The notes under the pieces were generated by a model. That model ran no database searches. It was not told where the DNA came from and was given only the letters and a program-made list of their open reading frames with translations. From an uncultured virus (IMG/VR IMGVR_UViG_3300035145_003630) (Duplodnaviria > Heunggongvirae > Uroviricota > Caudoviricetes): a DNA stretch of 58,867 nucleotides. Made by a program: the position numbers and the translations under genes. The stretch is from IMG/VR virus record IMGVR_UViG_3300035145_003630, one strand, 5' to 3'. Positions 16,022 to 25,278 of the stretch are shown here, in pieces. Numbering within the stretch: the stretch's first letter is position 1; every line of letters starts with the position of its first letter.

Positions 16022-18336
16022 TGTGATACCATTGGATTATGTGTGATTATTAAAATTTTCTCAAAGTAGTCTTTAATCTTATGGAAAAACTCGGCAACCA
16101 TCTCCAAGTTGTCGTTGGATATCTTTCCGAATACCTCATCAAAGACCACCACATTTGGTTTTGGTAAAGAACATACTTTTGATAAGACTGCCCTTAGTGC
16201 CAATGACGCCATCGTTCTTTCAAACCCTGAACCTGAAGACATCAACTTCTCAATCTGAGTGTTGTTGTCAATCATCCAAAACTCTACCTCATCTTTGTCT
16301 GAGATACGAACCTCCAACTTAAACTCTGCCGAGTCCATTAGTAGTCGTTGTAGTTCTGAGTTGATGACTGGCATCATACTTCTCATAATCATCTTTGAGA
16401 TACCCTTCTTACCGAAGAGTTCCAAATAGATTTTGTAGATTTTGAGTTTCGCTTCTTCCTCTTTGATTTTCTCAATAAGGTCTTTGAAGTCTGAAATCTT
16501 CTCTTCGTATTTTTTGATGTTGGCTTGAGATGTGGTAATCTCATAGTTTACTCCTTCTTTTTCTCTTTGAAGGTCATCCAATCTCATATCAGCACGAAGA
16601 ATGGTTTCATCAATCTTTTTGTTCTCCTCAAACTTCTCTTTGTCTTTGTTGAATCGGTCCAACTTATCTTGTGCTTGGTCTTTCTTCAACTTCAACGACT
16701 CCAACTGAATCTCAAACTTCTCTTTGATGAGTTTGTTTCTTTCGTATAGGTCAAAGGCTTTCTTTAGGTCCACAAAGGATTGTTCTTCCTTTGTCAACTT
16801 CTCCACCTCTTTGATACTAAGTTCAACCTTCTCACTGAGTTCTTTTGACTCTTCTTTCTTTTTGTCGGCATAGTCTGACTTGGCGAGTTCTATACCACAA
16901 TACTGACAGGAGAAACCTCCTTCAAAATCCTTCAATTCATCGGTGATGTCCGAGATTTTGGATTCCATCGTTCCCAACTTAACTTTCTCTTCTGAAAGGA
17001 GTTCCTTCACGTTATCGTGTTGGTCCTCGTGGTAATATTCAGAAGGTTCAATAACTTCAACTTGTTTTAAGTCCAACTCCGTCAACGTGATTTTTGCTTG
17101 GAAGTTTGCAATATCTTCCTTCAACGTTTCAGGTTTAACTTTTAATAACTCTTCATCCAAACCAGTATGTTTCTGTTTCAAAAGTCCGTCTCGGTACTCT
17201 TGTCCCTTCTCAATTCTTTCGTTCACATCTTTGAGTTTTCCCTTCTGTTCCTTAATGTTGTCTTTTTGTCCTTTGATAAGTTCATTGTGTTCTTCAATGT
17301 AACCCTTCAAAGACTCAACATCATAAAGGTTTGAGGTCATACTCTTCTGAAACTTTGAGGACATTTCCTTTGCGGTGTCTTCCTTAAGTTTCAATGCGTC
17401 CAACCCTAAGAACCTTGAAAGGACCTGTCCTCTCGCTGTTGGTTTGGCATCAATCAACTCTTCCAAGTTGGTTGCCGTTGTTAAGATGGTCATCAAAAAG
17501 TCGTCCATCGTTCCGATAGACTTCTTAATGAAATCCTCCGTTTCTCTTCTCTGCTCACCAGTAAAGTTCAATAGGCTTCCGTCGGCAAGTTTTTTGAAGA
17601 ACTCCAAAGAAGTGCTAACGGTGTAGTCCACTTTGTTTCTCTTCAACTTACGTGTCACCTCTCTGACGATGATATATTCTTCACCGTCAATAAGAACCTC
17701 ACCCTTTACTGTGACCTTATCCTTGTTTCTAAATCTGTTAAAGATTTCTTCTGCTTTACTCGTCTTAGTAGTCTGGTTGAAGAAAAGGAAAAGAAGGAGG
17801 TCTACTGTCAGAACGGTCTTTCCTCCAAAATTGGGGGGATTGGATTCAACCGTTGAGATACCTTTGATTTTATCAAAGTCTAAAATTTGTCCATCACCAA
17901 AAGATAAGAAGTTTGAAAACTCAATCTTCTTAATATACCACTTCTTAAATGGGGTGACCTCAGCTTTCTCAGACGCAATAGCGTTCTCAACAGCGTCATC
18001 CAAATTAAGAATGTCGTCGGCATATTCCTTCAACTTATTGTTGTCCAAAAACTTAACGATGAGTTCCTTTTGGTAGTTCTCATCCAAAATATTCACAGAT
18101 ACATCAATGGACTGCAAATCACCTTCATCAGTTTTGACTTTGGTGACCACATTTACATTGGTAGAGGAATACTTCTTTTGGAAATACGTTCTAACTCTTT
18201 TGATTCTTTCTTGTGTGAAGTTTTCGGGGGTATCTTCCCACACTACTTGAATGTAAGGGTTAGTTAACTCATCAGTTTTTAGTTTGTGAGACATAAAGTT
18301 GTAGTTTAATTCTTTTGGTGGATTAAACAAATCCAT
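15961..18336 (-). CDS. SbcC/Rad50/gp46-like SMC ATPase
   Basis: IEFSNFLSFG, atypical Walker A (NFGGKT), coiled coils with CQYC zinc hook, SGFER signature, VFDEVF Walker B and IITH. Confidence 0.92.
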   Translation of the reverse strand: MDLFNPPKELNYNFMSHKLKTDELTNPYIQVVWEDTPENFTQERIKRVRTYFQKKYSSTNVNVVTKVKTDEGDLQSIDVSVNILDENYQKELIVKFLDNNKLKEYADDILNLDDAVENAIASEKAEVTPFKKWYIKKIEFSNFLSFGDGQILDFDKIKGISTVESNPPNFGGKTVLTVDLLLFLFFNQTTKTSKAEEIFNRFRNKDKVTVKGEVLIDGEEYIIVREVTRKLKRNKVDYTVSTSLEFFKKLADGSLLNFTGEQRRETEDFIKKSIGTMDDFLMTILTTATNLEELIDAKPTARGQVLSRFLGLDALKLKEDTAKEMSSKFQKSMTSNLYDVESLKGYIEEHNELIKGQKDNIKEQKGKLKDVNERIEKGQEYRDGLLKQKHTGLDEELLKVKPETLKEDIANFQAKITLTELDLKQVEVIEPSEYYHEDQHDNVKELLSEEKVKLGTMESKISDITDELKDFEGGFSCQYCGIELAKSDYADKKKEESKELSEKVELSIKEVEKLTKEEQSFVDLKKAFDLYERNKLIKEKFEIQLESLKLKKDQAQDKLDRFNKDKEKFEENKKIDETILRADMRLDDLQREKEGVNYEITTSQANIKKYEEKISDFKDLIEKIKEEEAKLKIYKIYLELFGKKGISKMIMRSMMPVINSELQRLLMDSAEFKLEVRISDKDEVEFWMIDNNTQIEKLMSSGSGFERTMASLALRAVLSKVCSLPKPNVVVFDEVFGKISNDNLEMVAEFFHKIKDYFEKILIITHNPMVSQWADGIVKIEKTNNVSQVKQ

Positions 18337-18338
18337 TG

Positions 18339-18599
18339 TTATAGTTTGATATCCAAAGGTGTGTTTTCGTCTGCGTTTGGTAATTCTACATCACCCATTT
18401 CAATTTTTGGTCCTTGACTTGCTCCGAGGTTCAACTCCAATCCTTCACCATCTTTGCTTCTTAGACCTTCAAGCTGAGCCATCATCTGCTCTTGCCATAG
18501 TTTCTGCATTTGGTTCATTTCACCTTTAAGACGTGTGTTTCTCGCCTGAACTCTTTTACGGTGTGCCTTTGCACCACCTCTTTTTTTTGTTCTACCCAT
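18339..18599 (-). CDS. hypothetical protein with basic N-terminus
   Basis: 86-aa ORF in a coupled operon. Confidence 0.7.
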   Translation of the reverse strand: MGRTKKRGGAKAHRKRVQARNTRLKGEMNQMQKLWQEQMMAQLEGLRSKDGEGLELNLGASQGPKIEMGDVELPNADENTPLDIKL

Positions 18600-18795
18600 T
18601 GTTTTCGTTTTTTCTGTTTTCTAAATAATCAATTATAAAACCAATAGCCACAAGTATATGCATTCCAAACGACATTATCAACTCGTGGATATCATCGTAT
18701 ACGTTCAAACTCAAATGAACGTGTCCGACAACCCAAAATGGAATCGCCAGGTTCTGACTAATCCATACGGTGGTATATTTTAAGAAATGTTTCAT
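18592..18795 (-). CDS. small membrane protein
   Basis: Start placed at ATG 18795 (MKHFLKY). Two hydrophobic segments. Confidence 0.65.
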   Translation of the reverse strand: MKHFLKYTTVWISQNLAIPFWVVGHVHLSLNVYDDIHELIMSFGMHILVAIGFIIDYLENRKNENNG

Positions 18796-18796
18796 C

Positions 18797-19129
18797 TTAG
18801 TTTTTTTCGTACCATTCAATGATGGAGTTGATTCCCCATACACCTCCTGACGCTAACATCCCATCAAAGAAGATTGCGGGTACTGTTGGTATTCCCATCT
18901 CAACACCCCAAATGGAGTAGATGAAGGCTCCCATAAAGAAACCCACCCATGTTGAACAACACATCATACAGGAAACGATTCCGTGGATGAAGTTGAATAA
19001 TGGTGATAAGACAGGAATACGTGAGTTACCCATTTTCTCAATGGTGTCACGTGTTGATTTGAAGATGGAACCATAGACGATAATCTGTGTCATTCCATAT
19101 GCGGCGATTAACCATAGTGCTAAAATCAT
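18797..19129 (-). CDS. membrane protein with CxxC (DUF1360-like)
   Basis: TM helices around SCMMCCSTWVGF. Confidence 0.65.
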   Translation of the reverse strand: MILALWLIAAYGMTQIIVYGSIFKSTRDTIEKMGNSRIPVLSPLFNFIHGIVSCMMCCSTWVGFFMGAFIYSIWGVEMGIPTVPAIFFDGMLASGGVWGINSIIEWYEKN

Positions 19130-20052
19130 AATTCTCTATTTAAGTTTGTTGATGCCAAATATATGGCGGTTTGATTTTTGAACTCCTTATCTAATTCTAA
19201 CATAATTTGTTCATATTGTGAAATGGATTTATCCTTTTCTCTAATTTCTTCTTTAAGTTTTTGAATGGTGTTCTGTAGTCCTTTAAGTTTTTCTGGTGAC
19301 CCTTGGGTTTTTACCTCCTTAATCACTTCAACTTCTTTGACCACCTCAACAGGAACCTCTTTGATGACCTCTATTTCTTTTATTACCTCGACTTCCTTAA
19401 TAACTTCTTTAGGTTTCTCCTCCAAAAGAACTTCCAATCCAGCGAGTGTCTTCTCCAATTTTTTCTTCTCATTATTTGCATTCTTTAACTTCGTACTGTA
19501 TGTTTTGTTGGACTTTTCCAACTTGGTGATTTTATTGCCGAGTTCCTGAACCTGTTCATCATCGGTGATGTATACTTCTTTGGTGACGACTTTCTCCACA
19601 GGTTTTTCAACCTCCACAATCTTCTCCACCTCAACGATGACTTCTTTCTCAACCTCTTTGATTACTTCAACAGGCACCTCTTTAATCACCTCTTTCTCTA
19701 CTTCCTTAATGACTTCCACTGGGACCTCTTTGATGACCTCCTTCTCAACAGGAATATTTTTGGTGATGATTTTCTCCACCTCTTTGATGACTTCAACGGG
19801 TACTTCTTTGATGACCTCTTTCTCCACCACCTTTTCAACGGGAACCTCAACTCTTACCTCTTTGATGACTTCCTTTTCTACGACCTTAACACCATCAGCG
19901 TTCAACAGACCGTATTTCTCAATCTGATAACCCTGAGAAAAACAATCCTTAACAAACTCGTCCATATCAAGCTCATTAAGTTTACAGAACGCTTTGATGT
20001 CCTTAAGTTCTGAGGAAGAAAAGTTAATAGTTGGTGAGTTGTTCTGTGCCAT
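19126..20052 (-). CDS. V/E/K/P-repeat protein (articulin/VPV-like repeats) with coiled coils
   Basis: Many EVIKEVPV / EVIKEVEK repeats. Confidence 0.85.
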   Translation of the reverse strand: MAQNNSPTINFSSSELKDIKAFCKLNELDMDEFVKDCFSQGYQIEKYGLLNADGVKVVEKEVIKEVRVEVPVEKVVEKEVIKEVPVEVIKEVEKIITKNIPVEKEVIKEVPVEVIKEVEKEVIKEVPVEVIKEVEKEVIVEVEKIVEVEKPVEKVVTKEVYITDDEQVQELGNKITKLEKSNKTYSTKLKNANNEKKKLEKTLAGLEVLLEEKPKEVIKEVEVIKEIEVIKEVPVEVVKEVEVIKEVKTQGSPEKLKGLQNTIQKLKEEIREKDKSISQYEQIMLELDKEFKNQTAIYLASTNLNREL

Positions 20053-20806
20053 GTTCTAAGTCTTCAATGTCTGTGATTTTGAAACTCAAGAACGGTCTTG
20101 GGTTTGATAAATCAACGAAGGAGTAGTCGTCCTCCTCTATATTATAAATACCAAAACCGTGTTTAGTCACCGACTCCCCAAAGTTTTGTTGAATGGTAGA
20201 ACCCACCATATATGCTTTCTTATCATCAGGTATATCAATGACCTGACGTTTGTGGATGTCACCACATAAGACCACATCCAACCCTCTGAAGTTCTCCAAC
20301 TCATACGCGTGGTCACCGAAGTCAAAACCAGTGTCTGTGGTCAACCCTTGGATTGGGTCGTGGAATAAACCAATCTTAAACCCTTCAGCGTCAGAGATAT
20401 CAGGTTTGATATTCCCTTGAAATTGTGAGTATACACACCAACTGACGTTCTCATCTTCATACACCCCTCTGTCTCTATAGTAGACAATCTCAGGGTTCTT
20501 CAATGAGTCAATGATGGGTGTCAACGCGTCCAAACGATTAAGGTTGTTGTTAAGGAAGTCGTGGTTACCAGGGATAAGGACCGTCTTTGCAATCTTGGTA
20601 CACTCTGTTAGTGTCCACGCCACAATCTCAATAAGTTCAGGGGTCATCTGATTTTTACTGTGAACCAAATCACCAGTGAACACAATACGGTCAGGACCAA
20701 TCTCCTTAAACTTCTCCAACATCTCCGTCAGAATCTGTCTATATAAGTCGTGGTCCTTGAATAGTCTTAAGTGTAAATCTGAAAAGTGAACTAACTTATT
20801 TATCAT
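20024..20806 (-). CDS. SbcD/Mre11/gp47-like metallophosphoesterase nuclease
   Basis: SDLH, GDLVH, GNHD and GDIH motifs. Same operon as SbcC. Confidence 0.92.
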   Translation of the reverse strand: MINKLVHFSDLHLRLFKDHDLYRQILTEMLEKFKEIGPDRIVFTGDLVHSKNQMTPELIEIVAWTLTECTKIAKTVLIPGNHDFLNNNLNRLDALTPIIDSLKNPEIVYYRDRGVYEDENVSWCVYSQFQGNIKPDISDAEGFKIGLFHDPIQGLTTDTGFDFGDHAYELENFRGLDVVLCGDIHKRQVIDIPDDKKAYMVGSTIQQNFGESVTKHGFGIYNIEEDDYSFVDLSNPRPFLSFKITDIEDLEHGTEQLTNY

Positions 20807-21147
20807 CGAATTGATTTGAATTTACCGTGAATATAGTAGTTGAATCGTTCCCAAGCATTTAGTTTAGAACCCCATAACTTGCGGTCACTCATATCAATAC
20901 ACCAATTGTCCCATTTCTCATATAAGAAGAATACATCAATAACCAACTCGCCAGCGTGTGTTACCGTTGGGAATGACCATGTAATCTCAAATAAGGAACC
21001 CTCCCATTGAATACCTTTATCAATATTCAATAGTTTGAAACCAAACTTGTTATGGTCTCCACCCAAATAGACGGTGAATAAACTAATCTTGGTGTCCCAA
21101 CGATGGGTCTTCCAAGCCATCTTCTGAAGTAGTTTTCTTATTTTCAT
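20803..21147 (-). CDS. hypothetical protein
   Basis: Start placed at ATG 21147. The TTG start in the ORF track lies within a TAnnTTTG motif. Confidence 0.65.
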   Translation of the reverse strand: MKIRKLLQKMAWKTHRWDTKISLFTVYLGGDHNKFGFKLLNIDKGIQWEGSLFEITWSFPTVTHAGELVIDVFFLYEKWDNWCIDMSDRKLWGSKLNAWERFNYYIHGKFKSIR

Positions 21148-21179
21148 TTTCTTCTGTTTTACTATTCCACATTTCGTCC

Positions 21180-21215
21180 CAAAAATAGAACTGTTCTTTC
21201 TTCTGTCCAAAGTTA
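21180..21215 (-). promoter_or_regulatory. two TAnnTTTG elements (TAACTTTG 21208-21215, TATTTTTG 21180-21187)
   Basis: Exact consensus matches upstream of ATG 21147. Confidence 0.5.
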
Positions 21216-21437
21216 CTCATCTCCGACAATGTCAAATTCTTCGTTCATGTGTCCACACTTTGCACACACATAAGTTTCCATAGGTACCAGTTGGTCCTCA
21301 GGAGACCCAGTTAACAATTTACTAATTTTTTTTATAATTGTCACCTTTTCGAAGAAAATATTTTCACATTTCTCACATTCAACATTCGGTGAATCCATTA
21401 CGTTCACCTGAATCTTCTTTCCTCCACTTAAATCCAT
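21213..21437 (-). CDS. small zinc-ribbon protein
   Basis: CEKC...CAKCGH. Confidence 0.75.
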   Translation of the reverse strand: MDLSGGKKIQVNVMDSPNVECEKCENIFFEKVTIIKKISKLLTGSPEDQLVPMETYVCAKCGHMNEEFDIVGDE

Positions 21438-21450
21438 TTTTAATTGGCAT

Positions 21451-22080
21451 TTATCTTTTTAATTGGCAGAACGACACAATAATGTATCTCTGACCTGTTA
21501 ATACGGGTAATCCCCCGTGACGATGAGTTATCTGTCCAGGGTGAACAGATATGTTACCCTTCAGTCCTTTGAGTGAGGTCTGTTGGTTGGGGAAATACGT
21601 CCCCCCACCAGTAAAGTCCTCAGTATTTAATGTTACCACCACCGTTATCTGACTCATATCGTGGTGTAACCCCAAGTGATATTGAGCATAAGGATGGTAA
21701 CGGGCAATAAAGTTTTCCGAATGTAAGTCTACCCAATCATCTTCTTCGAGTTTGTATAAGTACTTAGCCATCGGCCATACATATTCTCTGAGAATTGCTT
21801 CATAAGTTTCTTGGAGACCCAAAGTCTCCATAACCATATCTGTGGTCGGATAACTCTCATGACGGTCCACTGTCCAACAATTACACGCTTCGGCTTCTTG
21901 AATGATGTAATCACAAAACAGGTCAGTGAAGCATGGAATAGTATAGATATTAGGTAATTCTTCTTGAGCATAAAGGTCCCACTTATATCCCGTAATTTCA
22001 GGACGTAAAAACTTTTCCTTCCACCCGTCAGGGTCGGTAAAGTAAGTATATAGTTCTGGATGTACTTTACCCTCTTGCAT
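21451..22080 (-). CDS. 2OG-Fe(II) dioxygenase, PLOD/lysyl-hydroxylase C-terminal-like
   Basis: LHHD, GGGTYF, HPGQITHRHGG and RYIIVSF. N-terminal HPELY..F.DP..WKEKF. Start placed at ATG 22080. Confidence 0.88.
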   Translation of the reverse strand: MQEGKVHPELYTYFTDPDGWKEKFLRPEITGYKWDLYAQEELPNIYTIPCFTDLFCDYIIQEAEACNCWTVDRHESYPTTDMVMETLGLQETYEAILREYVWPMAKYLYKLEEDDWVDLHSENFIARYHPYAQYHLGLHHDMSQITVVVTLNTEDFTGGGTYFPNQQTSLKGLKGNISVHPGQITHRHGGLPVLTGQRYIIVSFCQLKR

Positions 22081-22231
22081 CTTCTTCACCTGATTGTCTT
22101 GCGAGTTTAATACCGTACCCAATCATTATACCACCAATAAATGATGACCATAACCACGGGTATGAAGCCATGAATATTCCCAACATTGCGAAGATTATCG
22201 CATGCCCATATTTACTTATTCTTATCTTCAT
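22067..22231 (-). CDS. small two-TM membrane protein (54 aa, MKIRISKYGHAIIFAMLGIFMASYPWLWSSFIGGIMIGYGIKLARQSGEEDARG)
   Basis: Translated by hand. Bridges the two oxygenase genes with short overlaps. Confidence 0.55.
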   Translation of the reverse strand: MKIRISKYGHAIIFAMLGIFMASYPWLWSSFIGGIMIGYGIKLARQSGEEDARG

Positions 22232-22823
22232 TACAGTAATTAATCATATATTTTATGTTACCATTCTTAACCATCCTCACACCATATCTATGTGTTATCT
22301 GACCAGGGAATATATACATATGTCCTTGTTTGGGTTTGATAGAACATTGATATTTCTCGAAATATAGTTCTCCACCATTTTCTTCGTTTTTATCAAACTT
22401 AATAAGTTTTGTAATATTCACAAAGTCATGATGTAATCGAATATCATCTCCCTCTTCTAAAGTTAGTAACTCACTCTTAACATCCATTTGTCGAAATCCA
22501 CGACCAGCAACACCCCAATAGTGATGCATCATCTCAAAACCATACTCCTCAATCACATCATAATAATCTTGATAGAAAGGATGACCGTTGAACTCATAGG
22601 TTTTCAACCTTGAACCCCACTTGTTACTAACCATAATGTCTTCATCTTTGGTATTCTCCAAAAACTTGTCACAAAACTCTTCAGTAAAAAAAGGAATCTC
22701 CAATACATCAGTACATGGATTAGTAATCATAAGGTCCCATTCTTTGGAAATTGCCTCTTTTCTCATACAGAGTCTCTTCCATGCATCTACATCAGTAAAG
22801 TCAAAAATCTCAGGGTATCTCAT
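22212..22823 (-). CDS. 2OG-Fe(II) dioxygenase, divergent PLOD-like paralogue
   Basis: LHHD, GGELYF and FPGQITHRYG. Lys replaces the usual 2OG-binding Arg (IKYM). Confidence 0.8.
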   Translation of the reverse strand: MRYPEIFDFTDVDAWKRLCMRKEAISKEWDLMITNPCTDVLEIPFFTEEFCDKFLENTKDEDIMVSNKWGSRLKTYEFNGHPFYQDYYDVIEEYGFEMMHHYWGVAGRGFRQMDVKSELLTLEEGDDIRLHHDFVNITKLIKFDKNEENGGELYFEKYQCSIKPKQGHMYIFPGQITHRYGVRMVKNGNIKYMINYCNEDKNK

Positions 22824-22849
22824 AACAGATTAAAAATAAGTTATTCTTA

Positions 22850-23707
22850 TTATTTATCAAGATATTCACTCATATCCATTTCCATCACTCTTTCAATGAC
22901 AGACTTAGGGACTCTGAACTCTTTATACTCAGAATCTTTGGTAACCAACACCACAATACATCCCATCAACTTCAGGTCCTCGTATTTGGTCCCTTCCAAC
23001 ATCTTTAACAACAGTTTACCGTAAAAAGGTAATTGGAGGTAGTAGTGACCCAAAGAGTTGTCTGGTAGGTCTTGGAATGGTTCTTTCATTGGTGTGGTCC
23101 ACTTATTGGTCTCAAAGTTCTTAGGTTTGTTGGTCTTCCAATCGGTAATGACCATACCAAACCCAGTCTTCTCTTTGTTCATCACCAACCACACCTTATC
23201 AGGTTGACCAGTATATCCCAAATCAGGGTGACCTAAGACCATCTCCGTATCCAATAATACCGCGTCTCTTTCTTCCATCAACCTGATGAACTTCTCACCC
23301 GCGTTAATCATTGAATTGGACTTCATTTCTTGTTCCAAATCAACTTCAAAGATAGGTTCACGAACATCCTTATAATCACCGTTCTGTTCAATGATTTTCT
23401 TCTCCAATATGTAGTGAACACGTGACCCCATGTTAGTCGCGTAACTACCAGCAGCAGACCACTCGTCCAATAGACGTTGCATCTCCACTCTATCTCCCTT
23501 AGCCTTCTTATAAGCAATCTCCTCAGCAGGGAATGGCTCATAAAACAATTTCAATAACTTTGAAACTGACGGCCAGTCTTTACGTGTCTCACCATTGTGG
23601 TCCCTCATAAAGTAGGTGTGGGTTTCCTCAATGAAGGATAAGTTTAATTCTTCCTTCTTCTCTTCAACCACTTCTCTGATTTCCTCAGCAATCTTTTTTA
23701 ATTCCAT
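22850..23707 (-). CDS. PD-(D/E)xK superfamily exonuclease (RecB/Cas4-like)
   Basis: GSRVH, E..., GQPD, ITDWKT and YYLQLPFY. Confidence 0.85.
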   Translation of the reverse strand: MELKKIAEEIREVVEEKKEELNLSFIEETHTYFMRDHNGETRKDWPSVSKLLKLFYEPFPAEEIAYKKAKGDRVEMQRLLDEWSAAGSYATNMGSRVHYILEKKIIEQNGDYKDVREPIFEVDLEQEMKSNSMINAGEKFIRLMEERDAVLLDTEMVLGHPDLGYTGQPDKVWLVMNKEKTGFGMVITDWKTNKPKNFETNKWTTPMKEPFQDLPDNSLGHYYLQLPFYGKLLLKMLEGTKYEDLKLMGCIVVLVTKDSEYKEFRVPKSVIERVMEMDMSEYLDK

Positions 23708-23710
23708 ATT

Positions 23711-24637
23711 CTATTTCTCTAATGTGACGAACGCATCCTCAGGTATTTGTCCTCTTAAGTCACCCAAATCCTTATCGTCGGGCAACCTTACAATATCTAT
23801 ACGTCCGTATAATTTTCCACCACTTAATTTATAATATATTTTCTTGGCATCTTCCCACGCATCCCCATCCAAACAGATGATGATACGACCCTTTGCATTA
23901 TCATATAAAGTCTCCCATAACATATCAGATAAAAACTTACCCAATAGTGGTATTGAGTTAGGAACAAAGAACCCATCAAAGACCCCTTCTACCAAATAGA
24001 TGTCCTCTTCCCAGTTGATTCTACTCTCGTTGAAGATAAGTAATTCTTTGGGTGCGACAGGGTTTTTGTATTTGAATTTTGAGTATTTATCCCAACTCCT
24101 TGAAACAAAGTAATTTAGTTCCCCTTCTTTATCATACGATGGAACGATGATACGACCTGCGTATTCACCCTCCAAAGCAAATCCAATGTCGTACCTTTCA
24201 ATCATCTCATCGGTGATACCACGTCTTTTGAGGTAATTGTAAGCTTGAGCTCGTGGGGGATAGATGGCACTAACTTCATCAAACTTCTTATACTCTCTCG
24301 GGATTCTTAGTTTCTTATATTCCTTCTCTTTCTTTTCAAAGTCATCAGGACGAACCAAATTGTAGAACTCTTTATCTTTCTTGTTACCATACTGGTCAAT
24401 AAGACGACCCAAGTGTCCGTGAGTCCCATGTGTCTCAGCACAAGCCCAACATTTATATACGTGCTGTCCGTAGTTGATTTCAAGGTTTCCCTTACCATCA
24501 CCTTTATCCATTCCCTTAATATCATGTGAACATACAGGACAGTCAAAGGATATCTGTCCAGTGACCTCATTATGTTTACGGGGTTCACCGAAGATACCTT
24601 CAACCAAATCTAATACTAAGGATTCATCTCTCTCCAT
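23711..24637 (-). CDS. DNA primase (Zn-finger plus TOPRIM)
   Basis: CPVC...CWAC, YLKRRGI, GRIIVP, LVEGVFD and LDGDA. Confidence 0.9.
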   Translation of the reverse strand: MERDESLVLDLVEGIFGEPRKHNEVTGQISFDCPVCSHDIKGMDKGDGKGNLEINYGQHVYKCWACAETHGTHGHLGRLIDQYGNKKDKEFYNLVRPDDFEKKEKEYKKLRIPREYKKFDEVSAIYPPRAQAYNYLKRRGITDEMIERYDIGFALEGEYAGRIIVPSYDKEGELNYFVSRSWDKYSKFKYKNPVAPKELLIFNESRINWEEDIYLVEGVFDGFFVPNSIPLLGKFLSDMLWETLYDNAKGRIIICLDGDAWEDAKKIYYKLSGGKLYGRIDIVRLPDDKDLGDLRGQIPEDAFVTLEK

Positions 24638-24642
24638 CAGAG

Positions 24643-24673
24643 TAAAGATAAGAAAATAATTTTACCTGTCAAA
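24643..24673 (-). promoter_or_regulatory. Bacteroidota-like promoter TTTG-N19-TATCTTTA
   Basis: -33 TTTG at 24670-24673 and a one-mismatch -7 element at 24643-24650 with 19-nt spacing, upstream of the primase. Confidence 0.5.
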
Positions 24674-25273
24674 TTACCAAAGACCCTGTTGTTTCATATA
24701 ACCTTGAACACAGGTGTAAGAATCTGCTTGGTCAAAACACTCCTTCTTCAAAGTGTTGTTTCTGGTGTATAACCAGACAATCTGTGGTTCCGCTTCAGAA
24801 ACCTTCCTCCAAATCAATTCTTTCTTGTCAATATCTTTTGGAAGACCACCAAACAATACTTGTTTACCTTTACCATTGTCTTGAACCAACTCAGGCCAAG
24901 CAAACTTTCTTGAATTGTATGTTGAAATGTAATTAGGTACAATACCTAAAATATCGTAGATAGACTTTGTAATCATTGAGTTGTATCTCAACAATGTACC
25001 AACAGTCCATACGTTGTTTGATGTCAATAACGGCTCTTCAATAATAACCTTTGTAATACCAATGTCTTTGTATTCTCTGAGTTTCTCCTCAAACGCATCT
25101 ACCTTACCCAATAACTCTTCAATCTTATCTTCAGGTTTTGGTTTGATTACTGGTGATACATGGGTCAATTCCAACAACTTTTGTGTTTGAATGTCAAATA
25201 GTGACCAACCAATAGTTTTGGTTGAAATGTCTAACCCCAATACCTTTGGAGTATTCTTCAAATTGTTTCTCAT
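24674..25273 (-). CDS. RuvC-like Holliday junction resolvase
   Basis: VLGLDISTKTIGW, VIIEEP and C-terminal DQADS (RNase H fold acidic residues). Confidence 0.8.
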   Translation of the reverse strand: MRNNLKNTPKVLGLDISTKTIGWSLFDIQTQKLLELTHVSPVIKPKPEDKIEELLGKVDAFEEKLREYKDIGITKVIIEEPLLTSNNVWTVGTLLRYNSMITKSIYDILGIVPNYISTYNSRKFAWPELVQDNGKGKQVLFGGLPKDIDKKELIWRKVSEAEPQIVWLYTRNNTLKKECFDQADSYTCVQGYMKQQGLW

Positions 25274-25278
25274 ATTTC

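Noticed and set aside
22850..23707. Cas4 as evidence of a CRISPR-Cas system
   Set aside because: It lacks the four-Cys Fe-S cluster motif, there are no other cas genes or array, and the context is replication.
24674..25273. RuvC domain as TnpB/Cas12/Cas9 or a transposase
   Set aside because: It is only 199 aa with no Zn finger, bridge helix or flanking ncRNA space. This fits a stand-alone resolvase.
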